Shown here in pieces: positions 13,257 through 26,624 of a DNA stretch of 64,000 bases. The translations under genes and the position numbers were made by a program. The stretch lies in assembly GCA_964016885.1 (NCBI GenBank), contig OZ024747.1, positions 12,524,001 through 12,588,000 on the forward strand. Direction: 5' to 3'. Position 1 is the first letter of the stretch. Every line of letters begins with the position of its first letter. This DNA is from Eledone cirrhosa. Taxonomy: Eukaryota. A model generated the notes under the pieces. That model searched no databases. It saw only the letters and a list, made by a program, of their open reading frames with translations, and was not told the origin of the DNA.

Positions 13257-13790
13257 AGATAAGCAGAACAAGTAAAATTCAACCAATTTTTCAAAATAAA
13301 TCAAAATTAATATACAATTAAAATTAATCAAAATTAAAAAATATAATATAAATATTTACCTATTCAAATGGCCCTAACTGTACAGTTTCACGGTGCAAAA
13401 CATTAAATATCACGAGGATATTAATGGAAAAGCAACGATCATCAGAGAAGCATTTTCCTGTCCTAGGGTTAAAAACCCCAGGAACGACAAAATATATGAC
13501 CTCACTCCAACTAATACAGGTCTAAAAGGTCGTGAAAGTGACCCGTAAATACATTGGTGTATAGTGAAGGCGGGAAATCGTAGACTAGCCGTCTATAATC
13601 GCTACTAAAAAAGATTTTTAGCAACTAAATAGATCGACAAAGATTTATCTCTACATACTGGAGATTATTGAATAAGGTTAATATATATCTGAGGGTACAA
13701 TGTACCCCCGGAAATATATAGTGTGTCTATGATTTAAGGTGGTTCTATGGTAATAATTTGATATACCAGAACTTAATATCAAGATAAGCA
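13251..13790 (-). mobile_element. About 525-bp hammerhead monomer with 15-bp terminal direct repeat, in (TA)n
   Basis: atatcaagataagca at 13251-13265 and 13776-13790; one internal hammerhead. Confidence 0.7.
13372..13449 (-). ncRNA. Type I hammerhead ribozyme
   Basis: Minus strand ttct-CTGATGA-tcgttgc...gcaccgt-GAAA-CTGTACAG-TT-aggg; stem III ACTGTACAGT palindrome. Confidence 0.7.
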
Positions 13791-13817
13791 TATATATATA
13801 TATATATATATATATAT

Positions 13818-14481
13818 TTCAAGTTATCAATAATGTAGTGATAATATATCGTCACGTTAGAGATGAACAGCGTACGTGTAGGTTTACTCAACGAGTATAA
13901 ATTATATTCCGGAGAAAATGTAGAAAAGATGAATATAAAATGAAAGTGCTTTTATAAAGGAATTTATTAGGTATTGACATATGTTTCTGTAACAGACGGA
14001 ATACCTATGTATCGCTGCTTGCGTAATCATATAATGTTAGCAAGTATTCGATAGCAAATGTATAATCAGTTGTCACTTCTTCAGAGATATTGGATAAATT
14101 GGAAAAAAATCAGAAAAATCAAAGTATTTATATTAGTTGTAAGAAAGGAAGAAGAGAAGGGATAGTATATGACAGATGGCAATTCAATTTGCTGGTAAAC
14201 AAGTATATAGAAGGTTTTTAATGAGAATACAATGAGTATATGGCTTATTTTATCTAAATAAGAATTTTTGGGAGTGCCTATTTTAATCTATATTTGACCA
14301 GTTGAACAATGGACAGGGCTGGTCGTTTGGTGTAGTAGTATTAATACAGATCTGTATTAATACTACTACACCAAACATTATATGATTACGCAAGCAGCGA
14401 TACATAGGTATTCCGTCTGTTACAGAAACATATGTCAATACCTAATAAATTCCTTTATAAAAGCACTTTCATTTTATATTC

Positions 14482-14487
<6 letters not shown>
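13818..14487 (-). mobile_element. Hammerhead module with inverted duplication and perfect 52-bp palindrome
   Basis: 13924-14038 is reverse-complemented at 14374-14487; palindrome at 14325-14376. Confidence 0.8.
13972..14089 (-). ncRNA. Type I hammerhead ribozyme with long loop II
   Basis: Minus strand CTGAAGA-a-GTGACA...TGTTAC-a-GAAA-CATATG-TC-aata, then AATAAA; stem I imperfect. Confidence 0.7.
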
Positions 14488-14546
<59 letters not shown>

Positions 14547-14655
14547 GTGAGGTTTTTTTACAAAATGAAAAATAACTGAGGTGTCCTACACCATTGTTTT
14601 TCTATAAATACACGTACAGTTTTGTTTTCAGACTATATTTTCCTCACCTTCATCA

Positions 14656-14691
14656 ACCCTGACAAAAGAAAAATTGTCCGAAACGTCGAGA
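14656..14691 (+). ncRNA. Decayed minimal hammerhead
   Basis: CTGACAA...tgtcc-GAAA-CGTC; G8 lost and stem II eroded. Confidence 0.4.
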
Positions 14692-14937
14692 GTCTTTCGT
14701 TCTCTCACAGCATAACACATTATTGTGCTTGTAGTGCGTTCTCATTTATTTTTATTTGTGTGTGTATGTGTGAGTGTGTTTCTTGCTTGTAAATTTCTTT
14801 CTGGGTATATATCACACTGACCCGTATTACACAAATACTCAACTACTTAGACAGACAGGCAGGCAGGCAGGAAAACCGACAGACAGATAGATCGATAGAT
14901 CTATCGATAGATAGATAGATAAGTAGATAGATAGATA

Positions 14938-15140
14938 TATTTCTTTATTAGCCACAGGGGCACAAAAGAAGGGGACAAATACAAAGGGGGAAGTTTACAT
15001 ACAATAAAAACGTGTAAAATGTTATCACAGATGGAATTTAAAAGTTAGTCGATTTTCCCCAATAGAGGGAGACAGTTTATATGGGTAACACATACCCCCG
15101 AAAAAAATGTGCAACCCTCATCTTCAGGAGTACGAAGAGT
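14938..15140 (-). mobile_element. 3' end fragment of Tx1/L1-like LINE in (GATA)n
   Basis: Homologous to 39212-39440 (atttctttatt...gggacaaatacaaagggg). Confidence 0.6.
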
Positions 15141-15167
15141 TAGATAGATAGATAGATAGATAGATAT

Positions 15168-15238
<71 letters not shown>

Positions 15239-15944
15239 TGGTTAAATGAGGTAGAAAATATCTATGATAATCGATAAATGTAATAATCGAAATGTCATAA
15301 ATCGTTTCTATTTTCAGAAATATATATTTCTGCTTTAAAACACTTTTTCACCTGTGTGGAGACATGCAACAATATGAAGGAAACGTTATTTCACACTCTG
15401 TACCCCCACTCTCTTTCTCTATCTATCTATCTATATTTCTATCTATCTTTGTTTCTTTCTTTCATCTCCCCCTCGCTCGATTTTCTTTGCCCTCTCTAAC
15501 ACTCTCACTCGACATCGCCACCTCACTAAAATGTGTACATTAATGTTATGTTAAAATGGAGCCAATATGCTGCATTTTAATGGGGATTAATCCTTTACTG
15601 AACAATTGCATCGATTTGTTGCATTGCTCTATGAATTTTGATGGCATCGCTTTTTTGTGAAAAGACAAAAAAAAACGAACACGCTTGAAAAGAGCTGTTG
15701 TCGTTTGGAATCAGGTGAACTTCTCTGTCTTCTGCTTGAAATCGAATCTAATTGCTGAAGAAATTTTATGAAAGACCAAAAGTGCAACAAAACTGGTTGA
15801 TATTTTCGTCAACCTCCAGCCCTGTCCTAGTGACATTGCAATGGGTGGATGTTAAAAAGATTGTAGATAATAAAATAGGGTGAAACGAAAGGAATGGGTA
15901 AGATTGGTGATGTTCCTGAAGATGTTTGAGTCCTTTGTCTATAT

Positions 15945-18821
15945 TAGTGGTTCTCAGCCTTTTTTTTTTTTTTTGCCAATGGCACACCTTGGAACACATG
16001 AAAAAATAGCGGCACACCTGGCTAAATATATATGAAAAATATTTGAATTTTACAAAATAAAAACATGGCAAGTCATAGACGGCATACAACCGTAGAGACA
16101 AGTCATAGACGGCATACAACCGTAGACACAGACAAGTCATAGACGGCATACAACCGTAGACACAGACAAGTCATAGACGGCATACGACCGTAGACACAGA
16201 CAGGTCATAGACGGCATACAACCGTAGACACAGACAAGTCATAGACGGCATACAACCGTAGACACAGACAAGTCATAGACGGCATACGACCGTAGACACA
16301 GACAAGTCATAGACGGCATACAACCGTAGACACAGACAAGTCATAGACGGCATACAACCGTAGACACAGACAAGTCATAGACGGCATACGACCGTAGACA
16401 CAGACAGGTCATAGACGGCATACAACCGTAGACACAGACAAGTCATAGACGGCATACGACCGTAGACACAGACAAGTCATAGACGGCATACAACCGTAGA
16501 CACAGACAAGTCATAGACGGCATACGACCGTAGACACAGACTAGTCATAGACGGCATACGACCGTAGACACAGACAAGTCATAGACGGCATACGACCGTA
16601 GACACAGACAAGTCATAGACGGCATACAACCGTAGACACAGACAAGTCATAGACGGCATACGACCGTAGACACAGACTAGTCATAGACGACATACGACCG
16701 TAGACACAGACAAGTCATAGACGGCATACGACCGTAGACACAGACAAGTCATAGACGGCATACAACCGTAGACACAGACAAGTCATAGACGGCATACAAC
16801 CGTAGACACAGACTAGTCATAGACGGCATACGACCGTAGACACAGACAAGTCATAGACGGCATACAACCGTAGACACAGACTAGTCATAGACGGCATACG
16901 ACCGTAGACACAGACAAGTCATAGACGGCATACGACCGTAGACACAGACAAGTCATAGACGGCATACAACCGTAGACACAGACTAGTCATAGACGGCATA
17001 CGACCGTAGACACAGACAAGTCATAGACGGCATACGACCGTAGACACAGACAAGTCATAGACGGCATACAACCGTAGACACAGACTAGTCATAGACGGCA
17101 TACGACCGTAGACACAGACAAGTCATAGACGGCATACAACCGTAGACACAGACTAGTCATAGACGGCATACGACCGTAGACACAGACAAGTCATAGACGG
17201 CATACAACCGTAGACACAGACTAGTCATAGACGGCATACGACCGTAGACACAGACAAGTCATAGACGGCATACAACCGTAGACACAGACTAGTCATAGAC
17301 GGCATACGACCGTAGACACAGACAAGTCATAGACGGCATACAACCGTAGACACAGACTAGTCATAGACGGCATACGACCGTAGACACAGACAAGTCATAG
17401 ACGGCATACAACCGTAGACACAGACTAGTCATAGACGGCATACGACCGTAGACACAGACAAGTCATAGACGGCATACAACCGTAGACACAGACTAGTCAT
17501 AGACGGCATACAACCGTAGACACAGACTAGTCATAGACGGCATACAACCGTAGACACAGACAAGTCATAGACGGAATACGACCGTAGACACAGACTAGTG
17601 ATAGACGGCATACGACCGTAGACACAGACAAGTCATAGACGGCATACGACCGTAGACACAGACAAGTCATAGACGGCATACGACCGTAGACACAGACTAG
17701 TCATAGACGGCATACGACCGTAGACACAGACAAGTCATAAACGGCATACGACCGTAGACACAGACTAGTCATAGACGGCATACAACCGTAGACACAGACA
17801 AGTCATAGACGGCATACAACCGTAGACACAGACAAGTCATAGACGGCATACGACCGTAGACACAGACAAGTCATAGACGGCATACAACCGTAGACACAGA
17901 CAAGTCATAGACGGCATACGACCGTAGACACAGACAAGTCATAGACGGCATACAACCGTAGACACAGACTAGTCATAGACGGCATACAACTGTAGACACA
18001 AACTAGTCATAGACGGCATACGACCGTAGACACAGACTAGTCATAGACGGCATACAACCGTAGACACAGACTAGTCATAGACGGCATACAACTGTAGACA
18101 CAAACTAGTCATAGACGGCATACGACCGTAGACACAGACAAGTCATAGACGGCATACAACCGTAGACACAGACAAGTCATAGACGGCATACAACCGTAGA
18201 CACAGACTAGTCATAGACGGCATACAACTGTAGACACAAACTAGTCATAGACGGCATACGACCGTAGACACAGACTAGTCATAGACAGCATACAACCGTA
18301 GACACAGACTAGTCATAGACGGCATACAACCGTAGACACAGACTAGTCATAGACGGCATACAACCGTAGACACAGACTAGTCATAGACGGCATACAACTG
18401 TAGACACAAACTAGTCATAGACGGCATACGACCGTAGACACAGACAAGTCATAGACGGCATACAACCGTAGACACAGACAAGTCATAGACGGCATACAAC
18501 CGTAGACACAAACTAGTCATAGACGGCATACAACTGTAGACACAAACTAGTCATAGACGGCATACAACTGTAGACACAAACTAGTCATAGACGGCATACA
18601 ACTGTAGACACAAACTAGTCATAGACACATAGAATTACTCAAACTAAATAAAGAAAAACACAGCTATGGACTTACTTTATTGCAATGTTTTGAATTTCAT
18701 CAGTCAAATAGCTGGCTTCTTTAGTGAGAAATTTGTGCCTGGCTTTTCAAAATTTCGCGGCACACTTAGGAAGTTCTCGCGGCACACCTGTATGCCGCGG
18801 CACACTGGTTGAGAATCTCTG
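15945..18821. mobile_element. Non-autonomous hAT-type DNA transposon with 8-bp TSD, expanded by an internal satellite
   Basis: TIRs tagtggttctcagcc / ggttgagaatctctg; TSD GTCTATAT at 15937-15944 and 18822-18829. Confidence 0.88.
16069..18626. repeat. 34-bp tandem satellite (caagtcatagacggcatacaaccgtagacacaga), about 75 copies
   Basis: Directly visible; few variable positions; no spacers. Confidence 0.97.
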
Positions 18822-18994
18822 GTCTATATGTAGATAATGAAAGCAGAGGCAACGGAGAGGGGTTGCAGCATGATCCTGTCAACAAAATCTCTTTCAGACG
18901 ATTTAAATACTCAAATCTCCAGTATCCGGATCGTTTTTTTTTTGGGGGGGGGGGGGTCATTATAGTATATAGGGGTGTAATGTATTTGGGGCTA

Positions 18995-19462
18995 TATGTA
19001 TGTTGTGAGATGTTTGGTGAGATGTTTGGTGATTTATGTATGTTGTGGAATGTTTGATGATATATGTTGTTGTGAGATGTTTGATGATATATACATGTAT
19101 GTTGTGAGATGTTTGGTGATTTATGTATGTTGTGGAATGTTTGATGATATATGTTGTTGTGAGATGTTTGATGATATATACATGTATGTTGTGAGATGTT
19201 TGGTGATTTATGTATGTTGTGGAATGTTTGATGATATATGTTGTTGTGAGATGTTTGATGATATATACATGTATGTTGTGAGATGTTTGGTGATTTATGT
19301 ATGTTGTGGAATGTTTGATGATATATGTTGTTGTGAGATGTTTGATGATATATACATGTATGTTGTGAGATGTTTGGTGATTTATGTATGTTGTGGAATG
19401 TTTGATGATATATGTTGTTGTGAGATGTTTGATGATATATACATGTATGTTGTGGAATGTTT
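18995..19462. repeat. 87-bp minisatellite made of three about 29-bp subunits, about 5 copies
   Basis: Directly visible; 29-aa periodicity in ORF 18996..19628. Confidence 0.9.
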
Positions 19463-19754
19463 GGGACAAAAGAGAATATGGTTGTGTTGTTATTCTGTCA
19501 CCCTTGTGTTATCTCACATATTTTTTCTTTGTTGGCTTGTTTGTTTGATTTTTTTTTTGTTATTCTGCATTTTTTTCTTTTTTTTTTTCACGCAGCATGG
19601 CCAAATGGTTAAGGGGTTCGCTTCGTAATCATTAATTAAGTCCCAGGTTCGATTCCACTGCGTGTACTCCACGTAATTCTTAGGGAAATTCAGAGAGACG
19701 CTATGTGGCAAGGCAGGACCATTCAATTACCGGTACAGTTCATTCGACAGACTT

Positions 19755-20178
19755 CCAAACAGTCTCCGTCTACCCAATTTCACTTACAAGGTAAGATTCG
19801 ACTCTTTGAATCCCTCTAAAAATTGCGTTAAGAGCACAGGGTTACGACCCTTTACGCTTTGCTTTTCATCTTTACGGGGTGAATATAATAAAGCACCAGT
19901 CACGCTCTGGGCTCAAATTTAATCGACCTTCCCCTCTCTCTAATGTTGTTGGCCTTGAGCCTAAATCAGAAACCATTATTAATAGGGCGGTGAATTGGCA
20001 GTATCGGTAGAGGGTCGTACGCCATGCTTTGCAGCATAGAGTTACGGCTCTTTATGATCTGAGCTCAAATCCCGCCGAGGTTAACTTTGCCTTTCATCCT
20101 TACGGGGTCGATAAAATAAAGTACCAGTAATGTACTGGGTAATTGCTGGCCTTGTGCCAAAAGTAGAAACAATTATTA
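19755..20178 (+). mobile_element. Two tandem tRNA-derived SINEs (old 19755-19980, young 19984-20178)
   Basis: A/B boxes and shared core. Confidence 0.85.
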
Positions 20179-20225
20179 ATCGAGTGCCATGTGTGGAGTA
20201 TATGTGTTGGATGCATGATTTAAGG

Positions 20226-20484
20226 TAGGCATGTCAAACTGAGGGTCCCCCGAGGGTCATACGGGTCACATATGTGTTGTCTGAGGGTCACACACGACAT
20301 CTAATTGTGCACATTACAACAGTTTTTTTTAATTTTATATTACAAAGATAAAACATGCTCACGCTATAAAAACCTTTGTGCGGGCCACAGGTGTGCTTAT
20401 AAAAGTCCGCGTGGGGGCCGCGGGTTGCAGGTGTGCTTGTAAAGGGCAGCATGAGGCCCGCAAACCGCATGTTTGACATGCCTG
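20226..20484. mobile_element. hAT-type MITE
   Basis: TIR taggcatgtcaaac / gtttgacatgcctg; 8-bp TSD ATTTAAGG; related copy at 57665-57854. Confidence 0.9.
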
Positions 20485-21149
20485 ATTTAAGGTATGTTCT
20501 GTAGCTTCCGCTGTGAGTTGACCAGTTCTCTCTTTTCGATATGTAAAGAGGTGTATTTGGGATGTTTTGTTGGACTTGTCATTTCATTTCTTGAATAACA
20601 ACGACGTGAATACTTGTGAGATTACGTTTTAGTTCCATGTTTTATGGACTATTAATATTATATTACAGACTGGTTGTAGTTTTGTGGGGTGAAGGCGGTC
20701 GTTTACGTAATGTAGGCTTGATTACGTCCATTGCTTCTGTGAATTTAATGTACGAAATGTTATATTTATTACTTGAATTCACAGCGGGGCTACAAATGTA
20801 AGAATGGTTTTCTTCGTTATTGTTTTGCTGTGATTATTTTCCTTTATCTATGTATTTATTTCGTGGGGGAGGGGGGGTAGCAAGGACTACTAGACAAAGG
20901 AATAATGAAAGGGGGAAGAGGAGAGATGGTGACAGACTCTACACCTAGGTCAGAGCGGTGTTTCGGCTGCTCCCAGCAGACAAAATGACAAAAGCATTTC
21001 CGTGGACAATGGCTACTGACACGCGCTGTAACACCCATCCCACTTCGTAGGGTTCCTTCCTCAGACGGGCTGCTATCAATCCGATTTCACGGAGGAGGTT
21101 GTGATTTGGGAATTGTTTATGTCTGTTTTAGATGTTTAGTATTGTCTGT

Positions 21150-21320
21150 AGGAGAGCCAGGGGTAGATTCCCGAGCAAGATGGTTAGATAATATCCATGA
21201 GCTTGGCTGGTCACGCTTTGAGATCCAGCCGGATCAGTTGAAGATGGTTGCTTCTGACAGGACCAATTGGAAGGAGAGTTTGAGGACTCTTCCCCCACGA
21301 CTATCTCAGGAATAAGTGGG
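21150..21320 (+). mobile_element. RTE LINE 3' fragment
   Basis: RARWLDNIHELGW...DRTNWK; same family at 60340-60540 (-) and 33630-33755. Confidence 0.75.
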
Positions 21321-22089
21321 TGGAGAAGAAAACAGTGTCGTCTTTTTTTATGTGTGGGGATATATAGATGGGGCGGGGTGTACTTAGCTTTCAAAATAAT
21401 TTCTTGTTACTTGCAATTTTTTCCTGTTTTATTTCTTGTCAATCTTCTATGGCTTTCTATGACGCATCTTTATTATCCGGCCATCGTTTTAGTCGTGAGC
21501 ATCACACTTTATTTTCTACCATATTGTATCTAATGTTGAGTCATCCGGTAAACCCAATGAATTTTATGTTCAAGTTGAAGTTTGAAAGAAATTTGGCTGC
21601 TACTTCTAACAAACCAAACGACAACCAAGAGGCTTTTCTTTGGCCTGAAGCAAAGAAGATAAATGATCCTGGTTTTCCCAGTCTCAATGTAATACGCTAA
21701 ATGGAACTTTTTTTTATGAACTAACCCAATAGCAATGAGCATAAAATACCAGATGTATGTACACTTTGGAATATCCCAGCAGATACTCCCATGACACTAG
21801 AAGTTATAACCATACCATTGTTAGACAGAACTGTTAGGCAATAGATATAAAGTGTAAACGAGATAGGTGTACTTCCACCTTGGGATATTCTAGTTGATAC
21901 TCCCATAAAAACTAAAATAAACTTACAGCCATAGTCGAATTACGACTTTGTTGCCATACTGTACCTCTGACACTCTGGTCCATAGAATGGCTTTCGTACC
22001 TTCATGGCAGTGAGCATGCGTACAGCGTATTTACAAGATGTGGAACTGAATCATAAAGCCTTTGTTTAATCATTCCCGACATGTTATTA

Positions 22090-22495
22090 TTGGATTGGCA
22101 GTATCGGAAGAGGGTCGGACGCCATGCTTTGCAGCATAGAATTACGTCCCTTTATGGTCTGAGTTCAAATCCCGTCGAGGTTAACTTTGCCTTTCATCCT
22201 TACGGGGGTCGATAAAATGAAGTACCAGTCACGCACTGGGGTCGATTTAATCGACTTTCCCCTCCCCAAAATTACTGGCCTTGTGCCTATATAAGAAACC
22301 ATTATTTGTGGAATGGCAGTATCGGCAGAGCGTCAGACAACATGCTTCGCAGCATAGTTACGGCCCTTTATGTTCTGAGTTCAAATCCCGCCGAGGTTAA
22401 CTTTGCCTTTCATCCTTACGAGGTCGATAAAATAAAGTACCAGTAATGTACTGAGTAATTGCTGGCCTTGTGCCAAAAGTAGAAACAATTATTAT
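22090..22495 (+). mobile_element. Two tandem tRNA-derived SINEs
   Basis: Two A-box/B-box/core units. Confidence 0.88.
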
Positions 22496-22623
22496 TTATC
22501 ATAAATATATTTTAATTAAAGATATCATGACTAACACAACCCGCTGTGGTTTCAATCATGCCTCACACAACACTACACCAGACCACTTCACTTCACTTCG
22601 TTCACGCCATGAACATTCACGGG

Positions 22624-22793
22624 CAGGGGCTTCGTTTGCCTTTAAACCGTGAGGGGGACAAACCAACATTTGTTGATTCTTAAAGGAGCATATTAGTATT
22701 ACTTATGGTGCCTTTCCCGGACCCTATCACATAAGTAAAATTTAACACTAATTAAATTTTATATATTCAAATGACATAACATCTTGGCCCTTG
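22624..22793. mobile_element. MITE-like dispersed repeat; related copy at 56259-56533 interrupts a SINE
   Basis: Shared body gtgagggggacaaaccaacatttgttgattcttaaagg; ends cagggg / cccttg. Confidence 0.6.
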
Positions 22794-22998
22794 CCCATGG
22801 GGAAGATATGAACGCCGTAACATCTTATATCTCTTCACTCTCCTCAAAGTATTCCAGTCATATCCCTCTGTGCTGTAACTAAATGATAGCTATGTTTACA
22901 TTTGAATAAATTGCTTCAAGCCCCAAGCGAAATGTTATCGTCTTTATTTTTCTTCCTTTCTTTTTGTCTATATTTTTGTCTATATTTTGATTTGTATG

Positions 22999-22999
<1 letters not shown>

Positions 23000-23046
<47 letters not shown>

Positions 23047-23126
23047 TCTGTTATATTTATATCGTCTGTTATATATATATATATATCGTCTGTTAAATAT
23101 ATATATATATATATATATATCGTCTG

Positions 23127-23180
<54 letters not shown>

Positions 23181-23220
23181 TCTGTTATATTTATATTGTC
23201 TGTTATATTTATATTGTCTG

Positions 23221-23286
<66 letters not shown>

Positions 23287-23308
23287 TCTGTTATATTTAT
23301 ATTGTCTG

Positions 23309-23352
<44 letters not shown>

Positions 23353-23375
23353 TCTGTTATATATATATCGTCTGT

Positions 23376-23406
<31 letters not shown>

Positions 23407-23500
23407 TCTGTTATATATATATCGTCTGTTATATATATATCGTCTGTTATATATATATCGTCTGTTATGTATATATCGTCTGTTATATTTATAACGTCTG
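23000..23500. repeat. (TA)n punctuated by repeated CGTCTGT
   Basis: Directly visible. Confidence 0.9.
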
Positions 23501-23779
23501 TTTTGTTTTCTTCGTCTTGTTACTAACTTAATCGACAATGTGGATAATAATACTTAATATATATGCAGTATATCTAATGGCTTGTCACTCATGTTTTCTA
23601 AGCAACAGTTATGTTTTCACAGTCTGTATTAACATCATATTTAGAAATCATCATTGTCGTCATCGTCATCATCATCACCATCACCATCACTAACCATCAC
23701 TATCACTAACACCATCATTACGTTCATCACCAGCATCATCATTATCATCATCATCATCATCACCATTATCATTATTTTT

Positions 23780-23880
23780 TTGTATATATATATATATATA
23801 TATACATATGTGTGTATGTATGTATGTGTTTGTGTGCATGTGTTTGTATGTGTATGTATATATATATATGTGTGTGTGTG

Positions 23881-23954
<74 letters not shown>

Positions 23955-23961
23955 CATATAC

Positions 23962-24055
<94 letters not shown>

Positions 24056-24299
24056 GTACGTGTGTATGTCTGTATGTGTATATGCGTTTGTGTGCATGTG
24101 TTTGTATGTGTATGTATATATATGTGTTGTGTATACGTGTGTGTGTGTGTGTGTGTGTATACACGTGTGTGTGTTGTGTACGTATGTGAGACTCTCTGTG
24201 ATTGAAGCAGTTATTAATCGGTCTGTAGATGGTAAGAAACACGGGACTTTAATTTATCTTCGACGTCGCATCAAAATCATCTCCTCACAGACACACAGA

Positions 24300-24335
<36 letters not shown>

Positions 24336-24610
24336 CTCGTTCTCTTTTCTTTATCTCTCTCTTATCTCTCTTCTCTTTCTCTCACCCATACACACACTCC
24401 CACTCTCTCTCTATATATATAGATATATATGAATGTACATACATATATATATTCATACAAACATAACACAACATACATACATACATACATATGATATATT
24501 TGATGATATATTGAAATATCGATAGAAATTATACATTGTATATATATATGTGTGTGTGTGTTTGTGGTATATATATATATATATGTGTGTGCATGTATAC
24601 ATACATGCTC

Positions 24611-24669
<59 letters not shown>

Positions 24670-24700
24670 AGTGTATGTGCGTGCATGTATACATCCAGAC

Positions 24701-24735
<35 letters not shown>

Positions 24736-24880
24736 AGTGTATGTGTTTGCATGTATAACATACATATATATATATATGTGTGTATGTGTGTATGTGTGTA
24801 TGTGTGTGTGGGGGGGGGGGGTATACATACACACACATATATATGTGTGTATGTAAGTGTATATGCATGTATACATATAC
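23780..24880. repeat. Compound (TA)n/(TG)n/(CT)n microsatellite field
   Basis: Directly visible. Confidence 0.9.
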
Positions 24881-25265
24881 ATTACCATTAATCAAATCAA
24901 CTCAGAAAAGACCTCCGTGAATTGATGGTATACTATTAAAGATTATTAAACATATTGGTGATGTAATAGTTGTCCTCATGATTACATTGATAGTCAACGT
25001 ATGAAATAGTTCACCAGTTCCACAAAACTGGAGAGACATAATACTAATTTCACTGTTCAAAGGGGGGAAATGTGCCGAGTCAAACTGTGGTAACTTGGTA
25101 TTTCTTTACTTAAAACTGTTGGTGAAGTATTCTCCAGACTTTTACTGAATCATCTGCTGTCATATATATGTTTTATGTTAATTAGAAACATCTTACATAT
25201 ATTAAATGTGAATGGTAATCTGTAACCAGGAGATATGTATGTATGTATGTATGTATTATGTCAGT

Positions 25266-25867
25266 TCACCAGTTGGTGCTACTGGTAACATGTATCCCAG
25301 TACAACCTGTCTCATGGTCGGGTCGTTGGCGACTAAACTGGCAACCCCACCAAGGTTTCTTGGTGAGGAGGGTGACTTTGGACATCCTGCAGGACTAAAA
25401 ACAAAACCTGTCAAAGGGGCAAAGGAGCTCTTAAGAGTCAATGGCCATCCAAAATCACCGGGAGAGATGACCCCTTAGCCTTTGTCAAGGCAGAATTCTA
25501 GGAGAAGGAAAACTCTGATATAACACCTGCAACCCTGATGGTATCCAATGATGTTGACTTGTTCTCTTTTTTGGTAAATATCATCTTGGTTAAGAGAGTG
25601 GGACTGGCTTTGTGCAATGCCTTTGCTCACTATAAAAGCTTCACGGCACAGGCATTGCTTTGTATCTGGAAATCTCTCTGCACTTGTCGTCACATGGTAC
25701 CATGGGCCCAGCACTGTGTGTCAATAATTGTCACAAGTGTAGTGTTTGTACCAGAGTTTTCAAGTCGCTGGCTGGACTAAAAAGTCACACTCGTTCAGCG
25801 CATCGGTAGGGGTTCTCCTACATGTATATATAGTAGTGGCCGTACTCGAAAACGAGTTGGCAGCCAC

Positions 25868-25870
<3 letters not shown>
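25266..25870 (+). mobile_element. About 605-bp non-autonomous element in (TATG)n, copy 2
   Basis: Near-identical to 4212-4815. Confidence 0.75.
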
Positions 25871-25899
<29 letters not shown>

Positions 25900-25935
25900 T
25901 GTATGTATGTATGTATGTATGTATGTATGTATAGT

Positions 25936-26140
25936 CCCGTAACTCCTGATAGAGTTGTAGGGGCGCCGTATTGACATTTTAAGCCTGACGGAGCATTTTA
26001 AGGTATTTTAAGCCTGACGGAGCCCTTCTCTCTCTCCAGGCAGATTTCTTCCAGAGAGAAGAAGAATCGACCCAGTATTAGACTGGTACATTTTTTTTTA
26101 TCGACTTTGAAAGGATGAAAGGCAAAGTTGACCTCGGTAC
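25936..26140 (-). mobile_element. Second SINE family sharing the core; other copies at about 27565-27770, 34436-34670 and 44558-44890
   Basis: cccgtaactcctg...gatttcttccagag...aggatgaaaggcaaagttgacctcg repeated four times. Confidence 0.7.
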
Positions 26141-26624
26141 CAGGAGATACAGCATGCAAATTGAGAAAACTGGAATTATCCATCAAATAGAAAAACGAGG
26201 TATCTAAAAATTCCAGGCAATTGAAATTTGAACAATAAAGGATTCAGGGATGATCGCACGTGCAATGTCTGTGATCGTATTACACTTTCAAAAGCCGGTC
26301 TTGTTTACCCAGGTGACAAACGCGAGAGGTTTAAATATATACAGTTTTATCAGCCCTACCTGAGCACTACAGCCCTTTATGTTAGAAAATGTACAGCATT
26401 TGTTGCTGATGACCTTCACTAAATACCGTGCTACATTTCTCATGAAAAAAATATAAAACACAATCGAGGCTAAGTAGTCATGTACAGGCTGAGAGTAGAG
26501 AAGCTAACATACTTGGTAAAGGCTGCCTGCAATAAGAAAGTGGTTATACTCGAGATAGAGTCTACGGATATCGATATATTTATATATATATATATCTTCT
26601 TCTTCTTGTTGTTCGGGGTCTACC

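Noticed and set aside
14100-14330. Penelope GIY-YIG/RT coding remnant inside a hammerhead module
   Set aside because: No convincing motif in hand translation; no autonomous PLE ORF is visible in this window.
16069-18626. CRISPR-like array of 34-bp repeats
   Set aside because: Units are contiguous with no unique spacers, there are no cas genes, the context is eukaryotic, and the array lies within hAT TIRs.
24973-25040. CTCATGA-stem-GAAA hammerhead-like segment
   Set aside because: Invariant G5 is missing and stem I does not pair; at best a heavily decayed copy.
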